Source of the DNA: Utricularia gibba
Lineage: Eukaryota > Plantae > Magnoliophyta
Direction of reading: 5' to 3'
Length of the DNA: 64,000 bases
Assembly (NCBI GenBank): GCA_002189035.1
Contig: NEEC01000009.1
Coordinates: 3,224,001-3,288,000, forward strand
Every line of letters starts with the position of its first letter. Position 1 is the stretch's first letter. A program made the translations under genes and the position numbers. A model generated the notes under the pieces. That model had not been told where the DNA came from. It saw nothing but the letters and a program-made list of their open reading frames with translations, and made no database searches. Below, piece after piece: positions 52,902-64,000 of the stretch.

Positions 52902-55505
52902 TCATTCCCAGGATGAGACAGTGTTCGAGATTCTATGGCACCAGTAAATCTCTTTACTGTGTTTAACCAGATGCCTTAGCGCATCATAGATGAGGCTTCT
53001 TTCTGGGTGGAAGCAGTCTCCGGCTACAAACATATGCATGCTCTTTCCTACTTCAACCCAACTACAACCAGCAGGTTTTTTCATTTCCCTCATCTTCATC
53101 AGCCTCCTCATCTCCAATACCTCATCCCATTTGCCATCTGCAGCATACAGATTTGACAAAACAACATAATTTCCTATGTCTGTGGATTGAATGTTTAGCA
53201 GTTGATCAGCCACAGCGTGTCCAATGCTCATATCATGATAGTTTCTGCAAGCACCAAGTAGTGCACCCCACAAACTGGCGTGAGCTGAATTTGGCATTCC
53301 ATCCAGAAGGTAAAATGCTTCCTTGGTCCGCCCTTGTCGGCCCATGAGATCCACCAAACAAGCATACTGCTCAATACTTGGCTGCATATGGTGTACCTTT
53401 CTTATTGATTTAAAAATAGCCAGCCCTTCATCGACAAGGCCGGAATGACGACAAGCAGATAAAACTGCAGTAAGTACAACATGGTCAGGTTTAACACCAC
53501 TTTCGAGCATGTATTGAAAAACCTTAATAGCTTCTTTTCCCAAGCCATGCATTGCAAGACCACCAATCATAGCCGTAAAAATGACAATATCTTTTTCTGA
53601 AGTTGATTGGTAGAGTTTGCATGCGCTACTTATGCTTCCACATTTTGAATAGACATCCAGAAGGGCTGCACTCAGATGAAAATCTTCAAAGCATGCTCTG
53701 ATGGTATATCCATGACACTGTCGAAGCAAATGTACTGAAGCCATTTGACCACAAACTGGAAGGATGGTTGTGATAGCTGTTGCATCTAGCCTAATTCTCA
53801 GGCGCTGTATGGCATGAAACAGACTAATAGCCTCGCAAGGATATTCATTTTGAGCATAACAACGCATCATCAGATAGAAAGTTTTAAGATCATTTTCAGA
53901 TATCACGCAACAGGTGGTCGTATTTGCAGCAGGATCATGTAGAAAGTCATTCGAATATCCACAGTTCATAGAATTTAGAATCACCTCATTCTTCTTTCCC
54001 ACTAAATTCTTGAATACTTTCAAAGAATAATCAACCTCTCCAAGTTTTGCATATGCATCGAGCAATTCATTTCCAAGAGTTGCCTCCACATCAGTAAACA
54101 TAATACCAGATCTAATAGAAAATCCATGAGTTTCTTTAATATTTTTCAATGTAAAGAGAGATTTCCAGAATCGCGCTGCTGTTAGCAGAGTAATGCCATC
54201 AGGCTTCACACCATACTTGAGCATGGAACGAAAGAGTTCTACAAACTGAGAATCAAGTGAAGCCTCTGCAAATGCATCAAGTACAGTATTCCATGAAATC
54301 ACATCAACGTGAGGAGCAACTAAGAATGTATTTAAAGCTGATTGCGGGAAGCAACATTTTGCATAGAGGTTTACGAGAGCATTTTCTACTGCTACATGAT
54401 CATGCAAAGAAGCACGCCGCAAAACATAAGCATGTATTTCCTTTCCAGTGCAGAGGTAACCCAAGTTGGCACAAACAGCGAGAATGCTGATGACCGTGAC
54501 AGAGTCCGGAGGAATCATCTGCAAATACAGAAATTCTCTAAAAGAAGCCAAAGCTTTGTGGCACTGACCATTCGAACCATATCCTGCAATCATTGAATTC
54601 CAGGAAACCAAGTCTCTAGATTTCATTCTGGAAAATATATATTCTGCTTCCCTAGTCCTTCCGACTCTCAAATAAAAACTTAACAGGGCATTCAATACAA
54701 AAGTTTCATTTCCCAACTCTGGTCTTCTCAATACATAGCAGTGCATTTCTTTCCCAACTTTAAAACCGAAAGCACTGTTAACAGCAGCACAGAGAGGAAG
54801 GGCATTCACCATGGTAGCATAGTTAGGCATCACTGGACCTTTAATCATCTCGCAGAAAAGGTGAAACGCGTTTTCCTCAAGTTTGTTCTCAGCCAAACCT
54901 GCAATCAATGCATTGTACGAAACAACATCTTTATCAGAAATTCTATGGAAAACACCATATGCATCGGAAACAAGTCCGCATTTTGCATACATGGATAATA
55001 AAGCATTTCCTACCAGTGGCTGGGATTCCATTCCGCACTTTACAGCATATGAGTGGATACACTTTCCAGCAACCTGAGTACTAGATTGGATGCAAACAGG
55101 AAGAACAACAGCAAATGTCACAACACTAGGCTTAGGATTCCCGGCAGCAAGCAACGCATTGAACAACTCGATCACCTTCTGACCATTATTTCTCAACCCC
55201 AAAAAACACGAAAACAGAATGTTCCATGTAACCGTATCGCGTTCGGGAGTTTCATCAAACAGTCGCTGACATTCTCCATGAGCTCTGCATTTAGCGTACA
55301 TGTTGAGCAGCGCTTTTAAGAGCAACACACAAGATTGATGTCCCTGTTTGATAACCTGACTGTGCAAAGACTTTCCCAATCGGGCATCCGACATACCGGC
55401 ACACGATTTAAGAACATCGGCAAACAATAGGTGACTCGATTTGCAGGATGGGAAACTCCGCACCCTTTGAATTAGGAGCGCGACAGCTTTAGCAATGCTA
55501 TCCAT
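52902..55505 (-). CDS. PLS-class PPR protein with E/E+ domain and no DYW (At5g08490/SLG1-like organellar editing factor), intronless 867 aa
   Basis: Tandem P/L/S motifs (VTWN, VVSYNALI, LVSWNSMI), E-domain WGALLGAC and GNYVVLSNLYA, and KKPAGCSWVEV. Motif order resembles At5g08490 as I recall it. Confidence 0.9.
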   Translation of the reverse strand: MDSIAKAVALLIQRVRSFPSCKSSHLLFADVLKSCAGMSDARLGKSLHSQVIKQGHQSCVLLLKALLNMYAKCRAHGECQRLFDETPERDTVTWNILFSCFLGLRNNGQKVIELFNALLAAGNPKPSVVTFAVVLPVCIQSSTQVAGKCIHSYAVKCGMESQPLVGNALLSMYAKCGLVSDAYGVFHRISDKDVVSYNALIAGLAENKLEENAFHLFCEMIKGPVMPNYATMVNALPLCAAVNSAFGFKVGKEMHCYVLRRPELGNETFVLNALLSFYLRVGRTREAEYIFSRMKSRDLVSWNSMIAGYGSNGQCHKALASFREFLYLQMIPPDSVTVISILAVCANLGYLCTGKEIHAYVLRRASLHDHVAVENALVNLYAKCCFPQSALNTFLVAPHVDVISWNTVLDAFAEASLDSQFVELFRSMLKYGVKPDGITLLTAARFWKSLFTLKNIKETHGFSIRSGIMFTDVEATLGNELLDAYAKLGEVDYSLKVFKNLVGKKNEVILNSMNCGYSNDFLHDPAANTTTCCVISENDLKTFYLMMRCYAQNEYPCEAISLFHAIQRLRIRLDATAITTILPVCGQMASVHLLRQCHGYTIRACFEDFHLSAALLDVYSKCGSISSACKLYQSTSEKDIVIFTAMIGGLAMHGLGKEAIKVFQYMLESGVKPDHVVLTAVLSACRHSGLVDEGLAIFKSIRKVHHMQPSIEQYACLVDLMGRQGRTKEAFYLLDGMPNSAHASLWGALLGACRNYHDMSIGHAVADQLLNIQSTDIGNYVVLSNLYAADGKWDEVLEMRRLMKMREMKKPAGCSWVEVGKSMHMFVAGDCFHPERSLIYDALRHLVKHSKEIYWCHRISNTVSSWE

Positions 55506-56168
55506 GTCCGTTCAAGTGATCATAATTCCAGTTTACCTGAATAGTAGCAAGACCGCATTTTGCCCCAATTCAGAAAAATCTGCCCCCGAACCTATGCCAA
55601 GAAAAAAGATCCAAAGTTTACAACATCAACAAGACGAGGTTCAGTGACTAATCTGGAAAACCCCAAAGTAACGTCAATAAGAACACCAGAATCTTGCCCC
55701 GGCGGCGGAAGCCACAATCCGGCGGGTATTTTTTAAAAAAATATACAAAAAATAGAGAAGGTTTGTTATATGCAATAAAAAATTTAAAAAGTGACTATTT
55801 TTCCTCCTGGTTAGACTGTTATATGCAATATTTGGTATTACTCAGACTAGTTGAATAATTAATGTACCCTTTTTATTTATTACACGAACTGAGGAAAGTT
55901 AATGAATCTCAGTCGAATTTAAGGTTTGTTTCGCCATTGTACCCTTGTACGCCGCTGGCTGGCTGTTCACTTTTGGATGGTGGAAAAAAACCAGACCAGT
56001 ACCCGACGGCGGCGGTGGCGCCAACCGGCCGGTTCCTTCTTCCAGGAGCAGTTCTCATTAATGGAGAAGGTCAGCGAAGGGTCAGTTAGTCAGTTAGTTG
56101 GTTATAACCAGAAAGAAAGATGATTTATCCACTAGATGAATAGCAAGATACATGCTGAAGTAATTCCT

Positions 56169-56785
56169 TCATTTGAGAAGGCTTGCGGGAGTGGAAATTG
56201 CAAGATCTGGAAACGCGAGATAATCTCCACCACCCATGAACCCGCCGGCGTCTCCGCCATTGTCGAAATGCCAGGTATGCGTAGCCGCAGAAGCACCGCC
56301 GGCGGGAGCACCATCCAGTATTCCATAGGTCGGCCAAACGCCTCTTCCGATCCCGAAACTGGCTTCATCCAGAGAGAAACCACCCAGCGCCAGGATCCCC
56401 GCACCATGCGTAACAGCAGCAGTGGAATTCAGCAGGGAAGTGAAGCTCCCGCAAACCTTCCCCTCCGCCATAAAAGGCGACCTCTCCGGTGGCGGCGGCG
56501 GTGGCGGCAAGCGGCGGAAGTCAGGAGACACCATCTCCGACGCACGTAACCGCTTCCCACTTTTGCGGCTACTCCCACCCACGGGAATGTCCCGTAGCGT
56601 CCCCCGTGGGTCCAGTAACGGCGGCAGGATTTGCAGAAATGGCGGGGCTGCGAGAAGTTGTAGTTGTTGTAGTAACAGAACTTGGTGTTGGTGGAACTGC
56701 AACGCGGGCAGGGCAGCTGCTCCGGCTCCGGGTGATGCGGCGTCGTTTTGACCACCGGCTTCTTCTCCGTGGTAGAACTCCCCAT
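56169..56785 (-). CDS. Dof zinc-finger transcription factor (DOF3.4/OBP1-like subgroup)
   Basis: [37 protein letters not shown][T]LRDIPVGG and C-terminal FPDLAISTP. One -1 break in the C run at 56601-56605. Confidence 0.92.
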
Positions 56786-57548
56786 AACCTGTGCTCTCCT
56801 CTCAATGAAATCTCGGGTCTGAGGGGGGAGATGTGAAAGGAGAATGGGGGGAGTTTTAAAGAAACGGAAAGGAAGCAAGGCAGGGAGCTTTTTGCAGGGA
56901 TTGTCGTGGCGGGGCGAAAGAATTTTGCGTTGCATCACAGTGTCCTCCAAAATAGGGGTCTGCTTCTGATTCTGGATCATGGTGGCGTTACAGCGAATTT
57001 TGAAAAACACACACAACACACACCCATTTAGTTTTAGTTTTTTTTTTGATTATTTTTATTGGGTGGGATGGCATCATGTGTTATATATTTTTTGTCTTAT
57101 GTTGTTGTAGGTATGCGATGGTTGATGAAGAAAAGGAATCCCTTCAAATATACCACCGCAGACGGGATAAAAGATTTGGGGGACAAAATAATGATTGCCG
57201 ACAGCGCGTGGCGGGAGCGTGGGTACAATTATTTGGATTGGATTCCCCAGTTGCACCCCCATTTCCCCTCCTTCACCCCTTGAAATCCCATTTTTATTTT
57301 ACAGACAGGGGAGGAGTGCAGGCAGCAAGGAAGCAAAATTAGATTGGGTTAGCATTATTATTATTGTTTGATTTGGGAGTGAGTGAGGTGGGCGAATGAG
57401 GAGTGGGCACGTGTCGGGTTTGACCGGCGACTGCGGCGTCTGTTATGCCTGCCCCTTCCCGAGCCAACAATAACATAGTGGAGAGGAGGAGAGGAGAGGG
57501 ACACGACAGGGCACCCTGTGGCTGTGTCCTCACATGCCTACGTACCAA

Positions 57549-57692
57549 CCATCCATCCATCCATCCTGTTCCAAGCGCCCTCTGGCTGGCTGGCTGGCTG
57601 GCTGGCATCGGATGGTGGGCGCTGCACCGAGCTGGACACCGAGACATAGAAGATACCAGTTACCAGGAGGAGGAGGCAGCCCAGCCCAGCCC
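57549..57692. repeat. Compound short tandem repeats (CCAT)4, (GGCT)~6 and (CAGCC)3 upstream of the Dof gene
   Basis: Read directly: ccatccatccatccatcc, ggctggctggctggctggctgg and cagcccagcccagccc. Confidence 0.8.
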
Positions 57693-58472
57693 ACTCTGGT
57701 CTGCTCTGCTCATGTAATGATCAATAAAAATATATGAATGATTATTCTTCAAAATGAAATATGGTGCAATGCAAGCATGACCAATTTAATTGGATTCATG
57801 GCCCAACTCAACGGGGATTGTAAATACCGAAAATAACGTCATTATAAAAGCTATTCAAACAAATCATTTCATATAAATAATCATATATATTAAATTATAA
57901 ATCATTAGTAATTTTATAATATGATCCACATTTCTAATATGTGTACTCATGAGATTCACCGGATTCTTAATTAAAACAAAATCTTGTTATCTATGCTTTG
58001 AAAAATATTAGTTTCAAAATTTTCATCGTTTTTATTAGTGTTAGAAAGTTGATGAACAAACCACAGGAACTGCAAATAACAAAAATTAAAAAGAAATAGT
58101 TGATAATTAAAAATAAATTGGTGTGATTATATAATATATTCAGCGGTAACAGTGTTTAATAAATCTCCCTTGGTTGCGAATTGTTGGTGCCTCCGACGTC
58201 GTATTGGTTAGGGTTCACGTAACAATTAAAAAAATGATGCTTAAATCGTTTGAGTGTCAATTTTCGCTCCTGAAACGTTTTCAATTACATGAAAACAGAG
58301 TCGCACTGTGGATGCCCGCCATATTGCAGAATGTCCGAATGCAACGCGGGTGCTTCTATTCCATTTTCGTGTGAGCAGGCAGCATTTGTTTTTGTTCCTC
58401 AAGTGGTGAGGCGCGAGACGTTAACAATCTGAGAGTATCTTCAAGAAATTCGGCCAAGAAGCACCGTGTATC

Positions 58473-61433
58473 ATGAAGGTAGCCTCACGGCCTTCTGTAC
58501 ATTCCCATTTGGGCACCAATTTTGTTCCCCTGGAATTCCTAATTTCCAAAAGCTGCCAATTCCGGCCACCGAAATCCTTTCTCAAAGTTTCAAGCTGCTG
58601 CGTTACTCCCGTCAACTTCAACCGTGATTTTCGAGACAAGGGAAATATCGAAATCCAGCTCCAATCCGAAAAAAACGAGAACTGGGTCCTTCCTATTGGG
58701 ATAAACAATTCTGGAAGTGTTTCAAGGTGTTTTTGGGATGGGGGGAGTTGAAATTTGTTACTGTCGAAGGAATGCGTTCCCCCTGGTGGAGCTTTCCTGT
58801 CTCTTCTGAAGAAGGATTAAGAACGTTGGTTGGTGTTTGTTGGGGGGCGGTGAAGACTTTTTTCTTGCCAAGAGTAATCCGCAGTAATTATTTGGATTAT
58901 GTGAAATGGAAATTTGTGCACAGAGTTTCCAGCTCAGCGCTTCAGGTTCTTGCCACTCAGGTACGGCCTTAGCTAATTGCTAATATGCATCTGAATGTGG
59001 CAGAAATTTGACACCTTTATTTCTCGGGACCTCTCAGTGGAGTTATACTCCTTGTCTTGGTCTTCGTCTGCATCAATTTGCATGTTCTGTTATTAGAGAC
59101 TTCTAACATGGCTAAATTATTTGGCTGATTTTTTTCTTTTATTGCTGATCTTGTTTCAGTTGCAAAAGCAATTATTTTTCAAATTAAACTATCTCTTGCA
59201 AATTTTTAAGTCTTTGGTTTTCATATGATTCAGGGCGAATTCTTGTTAATTGTGAGTTGTAATGATTCTATCAGGCAATGTTTCGAGCCATAGGGATTGG
59301 TTACTCCCGTTCACTCCCATCTGCTGCTGCCCTGAACTGGGTTCTGAAAGATGGACTTGGTCGATTGAGCAGGTGCATTTATACTGCTATTCTTGCTTCA
59401 TCGTTTGATATAAATCTCAAGGTATAGTATCTACACTTCAAATACCTTCTGAACTTTTCTGCCCTTGAGCTAATTTTCTAGTTTATATCCTACTAAAAAG
59501 TATCCTTGACTTCTTTAGGGTGGATGAGATTAGGCAGATTTTCAGTTCAAGTGGCTAATCTTCCTAATATAATGCATTTCCAATTTTTTTTGATTGCAGA
59601 GGGTCAGGTTCTCAACTTCTGTATTGTTCAGCTTGAGCATTGGAATCGAGTTGCTGACTCCCATCTTTCCAAGATACTTTTTGTTTCTTGCAACGATTGC
59701 CAATGTGGCTAAGCAAATAAGTCATGCTTGCTACACGGCCACTAGTGTAAGTCTTGTGCATGTATCTCACCATATTCATTGATTAAAATTTTCCAGAAGT
59801 TTTGAAATCTCACACGCCGTGCCTATTTGCTAATATGCCTGATCAAATGATATTCTGTGCCCAAATCATGTTTTCAGTCTGCGGTTAATAGGAGCTTTGC
59901 TGTTGCTGATAATCTCTGTGAGGTTTCGGCGAAGGGTCAGGTATCTAAGAGATCTTGGGTATATTAATGTGAAAATATAGTGTTAGAAATTAAGAATAGA
60001 AACAGCGCGATTACCCACATAGATGGAGTAAAGGGGAACACCCCTAGATTGCTTTTTTAGTTTCATATCGCTTATTAGTAAATCCTACTTGTTTGTCTCG
60101 TTGCAGATTCAATCAGTGTGCTTCGATAATGTGGGTCTTGTGCTTGCAGCCTCCCTGAATTTTTTGATGAGGAACAATGAAAGGTTGGTCCTGTAAGCTT
60201 TGCATTATTCTAAGTACCCCAATGCATTGAATTCTCAGAGGTTGTTTCAGTATTATGTTTATGTATGTACACCTACGCGCTCTATTTTATTTTGGGTCCA
60301 GCTGATGCTCACCTGAAGTGGCCATGACTTTTGTCTCCTTTTCTACTTCTAAGATGGGGTTTTCAGTGAGTGCTTGTTGATTTCTTTCTGGAATTCTGGT
60401 TTTGTAGATTCCTGGAAGCTCTCCCTTTTGTTTTGTACCCATTTTTCGCTGCACTTGACCTTTTTGGGATCTATCAAGAACTTAAACATGTTCATCTGCG
60501 TACATTAACTAAGGTCGGTGTTCTAATTTTTGGGAAACCCTACCTTTTATTTGCTTTGGAATTCTTTTTTTCTTGTGGAAGACCTCCACCATCTGGGTTT
60601 ATCGAATTAAAGCACATATTTGAATGATGTCTTCTCCAGCATAGGCTTGAATCGATAGTGAACGTATGGATTGACCAAGGTTATGTCCCTTCTCCAGCTG
60701 ATGTGAGCAAAACAGAAGAAATAGTTCAGCTATGGGGCAAGGGTAAGATGTTAGCTACATTTTAAAAGGTGGCAGGTGTTTCATTATATAATACTCAAAT
60801 CTGATGAAGCTTCTGCCTTCTTGTTGGATCAGGTGGTCAACTGCTACCAATTAGAATGGGTTCCATGAATCCAAAGAGTAATTTACTCAGGTTGCCATTG
60901 TTGACTTTGAAATCTATAAAAGAGGAAGATTTCTGCTTCATTTGCATAGAATGCCTAAACGCCTCAGACGCAGTGAAAAAGGTTCGTAAGCACACAAACT
61001 CCACATTTTACCAGTTACATTCATCTTTTTAGTGCTCTGACCACAGCCTGCATGACACCGCAGGATGGAATTCTTCTTAGTCTACGAGAAGGAGCTGCAA
61101 CCGAACACATCGTCCAAGGTATACTGCAGGTAAAGCTTCCGGTTGGCATCTTCCTTGCATCCGGGATCCTCATTAATAAAGCACCTGCACAATACATTCA
61201 TTGTTTAGGCTTGCTACATTCGTAAATGGCTCCTGGAAGCCGAAGCATGTAGGTTGGATGCATTGGGTGCCGAGCAATGGCTCGTGTTGATGGAAGAAAG
61301 CAAGCGTTTTGCAGAAGACGAATTGGGGACTTTGATGGAGAAGATGCAGGAGGCGGGATGGGGTTGTGGAACTATTCTGCTCAGCAGCGAGGAGCTCGCT
61401 GGATACATTCACTTAGGTGGAGGTCCCGGTTAA
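58473..61433 (+). CDS. RUS4: Root UVB sensitive family protein (DUF647), RUS4-like, about 9 exons
   Basis: YLDYVKWKFVHRVSSSALQVLATQ|AMFRAIGIG, NWVLKDGLGRLSRCIYTA, RVRFSTSVLFSLSIGIELLTP and FAVADNLCEVSAKGQ. One -1 break in the G run at 58740-58745. Confidence 0.88.
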
Positions 61434-61886
61434 AGAAATTTGAAAAACCCAGATTTATCTGTTTTTTTAGAGAAATAAAACACATTCATGTGTAAATTTT
61501 TTATTACAATGTGAATTTAGTTTACATCACACGTGTGCATGGAAAATCGTCAAACTTGATATCATGCAGGTTCACCTCTGCAATCATCGTCTGTCGGTCA
61601 GGCCGCGCCCCAACTGAATCAAACGAGTCTCCATTCTCTGGATACCACAGTCGAGGGAATGAATGAGTAGAGCAGAAAAGAGAACCAGTTACAGCAACAG
61701 CCAAAAGGTTTGTCCATTCACTCATCAACTCTCAAAACAGTTACAGCAATGATGGCAAACGCTACTAGAAGAGGTTCGGTTGAGTTGGGTGGGATACACA
61801 TGTTCGTTCCTATGATCGGGAAAAGAAAGGTCAGTACTTGTTTAGTATGTGGTATGAGGGTCTGTTCATCCAGGCAAATACATTCG

Positions 61887-63674
61887 TCAGTTAGCTTTGG
61901 AGATGGATCTGCTGGAAACACCGTGCAGCAGCTTCACAAATCCAAGGAAGCTCAGCTTCCCATCAGTGTGTCTTATCCAGTCATGGAGGACGGCATGAAC
62001 TGGGATGGAGGGGTTGAGTCCAAGCTCCTGAACACAAAAAAGGGAGGGCCGGAGCAGATTCAGGGATTGCTCGCTGGTTCAAGGAAATGGCACATATAAG
62101 AATTTCTTACGGAGGCTAATTCTTCTATCATGATGGTCCGGTTGCCTTCCTTCTCGAAGAATTCGTAGCCGCAGCGGGCGTGCTGCTCCCATCTCTCCAG
62201 AGCTTCCAACTGGTAGACACTTAATGCAGCAGCACAGAATTCATCAAGATCCATCCTCGTATACTGGAGTGCTGTCAGCTGTTGTTGAGGAGCACCAAGG
62301 TGAGAAACTACATACAACGGAAAAGGGGAGGTATAGGATTGTATTAAGGATCGCACCGAAGCGAGGAAATCAAAGATCCGAGATTCACTCATGGCATCCG
62401 TGGCATTTCTCTTCAATGCCTGAGGTCATAGTGAAAGTAAGTTGCGATTTCTAAGATGGGAAAAACCGAAACAAGACGCCAAGAGAACGTACTGCCTTGA
62501 TGGTTTCTAAGCTTATGAAACCATTCATGTTTGGTTCAAGAAGAGAAAATTGCTGCCTGAGGTAGAAGAGTTCGTCTTCAGTCAGAGTTCGGGATAAAGC
62601 CTGTATCAATGAGCCATAACAGAAAGTTTAGTGCGTGTTTGCTAACAGCTGCCCTCAGGGAAGCTCCTGCAAACCACAGAAACAGAATAAGATGAACGAT
62701 AAGCACCCGCAGAGCAGCTTTACGCAGGGGAGAAGAACGCATATAAGCTTTCATAAGCCTAAGGACCAATATATCCAATGGCACCTCAACATTGTGGGTG
62801 TTTCTGATCCATGGATGACCTGAATCAGAAACATTCCTGTAAGCGGTGGCAACTTGATTCTGGAGGCAGACTGATAATCTAAAGAAAGGGGGAACACTAA
62901 CACATGGCTTGAGCTGCAGAGAGCCTTTTCCTGGGATCCTTGTTTAACATCCGCTTCACAAAATCTCTGGACTCTGGAGACAGCGTAGGCCAGGGGGGTT
63001 CCTCATATGTCGGTTCAGCTTTAACCACAGAACGAAAGATGCCAGATTCGGTTCGAGCCCAAAAAGGCCGGCTTCCACACAGCAATATATAGGCTATCAC
63101 CCCGATACTCCAGACGTCGGCCTCTGTATTATAGGCCCTGTGCAACACTTCAGGTGCAACATAGTAGGCGCTTCCAACAATATCATTCAGCCTTTCATCT
63201 GCAAAAAATTTGAACTATAGTCATTCAGCAGCTAACTACCCGTGAAAATCATAATTTAGACAATGAAAAACTGTAATTCCTCACCTGGTCGAACAAAATC
63301 TGATAACCCGAAATCTATAGCCTTCAACGTTGAGGTCTCTTCTTTGGATGTGAACAAGAAGTTCTGTTAGAGGAGCAAGCAATACATAAGACAGGATTTG
63401 GTAAATTGTACATCATAAACTTGGGTTACAACTCTAACCTCAGGTTTAAGGTCACGGTGAACCACTCCTTGAAGGTGGCAGAATGAAACGACATTCAGTA
63501 TCTGTACCATCACAGTCTTTGCATCATCTTCTGAATACTTTCCACCCCTGTAACCAACGAACTTGTTTTAGATGCTGCAACAAACAAAAGATTTCATTGC
63601 TTCGTCAGCAAATCGTTCAAACATAAAAAAACCTTGAAAGGATTCGGTCCAAGAGTTCGCCTCCTTCACATAAC
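61887..63674 (-). CDS. CDPK-related kinase (CRK), partial; the 5' exons lie beyond the window end
   Basis: [59 protein letters not shown], degenerate EF-hand region, and [21 protein letters not shown]-terminus. Confidence 0.93.
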
Positions 63675-64000
63675 CTGAAATTTTAACATGCAATCAACAA
63701 CTGCTTAGAGAGGATAATCGCATCATAAAGTTCCGAAATTTGAGACCAGATTGTCATGAAAATTATCTGAAAATTAAGAAACCTTCGAACTGGTCATCAA
63801 AATAGAGAACAGCCTAACCCAAGGAGAGGTAAAATTTCATGATCATTGATGAAACAGGTTTTCAATACATTGGGTCACAATATTTCGCTTTGGAACTTCC
63901 AAGTGCACTTTTGAAAATCCCAGACTTACTCCATAACTATGTAGACATTGTCATTATCTTCAAATGAATGGTAAAACTGCACTAGGTTGGTATGTCCTGT

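Overview
Nuclear DNA of a eudicot with a very compact, gene-dense genome: about 24 protein-coding or pseudogene loci plus one tRNA gene in 64 kb, mostly 65-350 nt introns, and no recognisable intact transposon. A Lentibulariaceae-like asterid would fit, but that is inference. Gene order: CDK-like kinase (+), VQ protein (+), EMB2737 (+), RALF (-), OB-fold protein (+), PHD/AAA ATPase (+), tRNA-Ile(UAU) (+), tau GST (-), PHOT2 (-), cpSRP43 (+), ZDS (-), FLAP1 (-), LEA/SMP (+), complex I B14/NDUFA6 (+), SINA E3 ligase (-), group C bZIP (+), DUF1685 (-), a patch of decayed or unknown genes including a WVD2/TPX2 pseudogene, NUFIP (-), F-box/LysM (-), PLS-E PPR (-), Dof (-), RUS4 (+) and a partial CRK kinase (-). 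Nine conserved reading-frame breaks are single-base deletions in short homopolymers, which are almost certainly consensus errors of the assembly. In contrast, 43.7-47.7 kb carries substitution-type lesions (in-frame stops, lost GT donors) that look like real gene decay. The most notable arrangement is four consecutive chloroplast light-response genes (PHOT2, cpSRP43, ZDS, FLAP1), with PHOT2 and cpSRP43 sharing an 843-bp divergent region containing G-box, I-box and site II motifs. I found no convincing wholly new biological system; several unexplained segments are flagged for database searches. Orthologue names come from my recall of the sequences, not from a database search.
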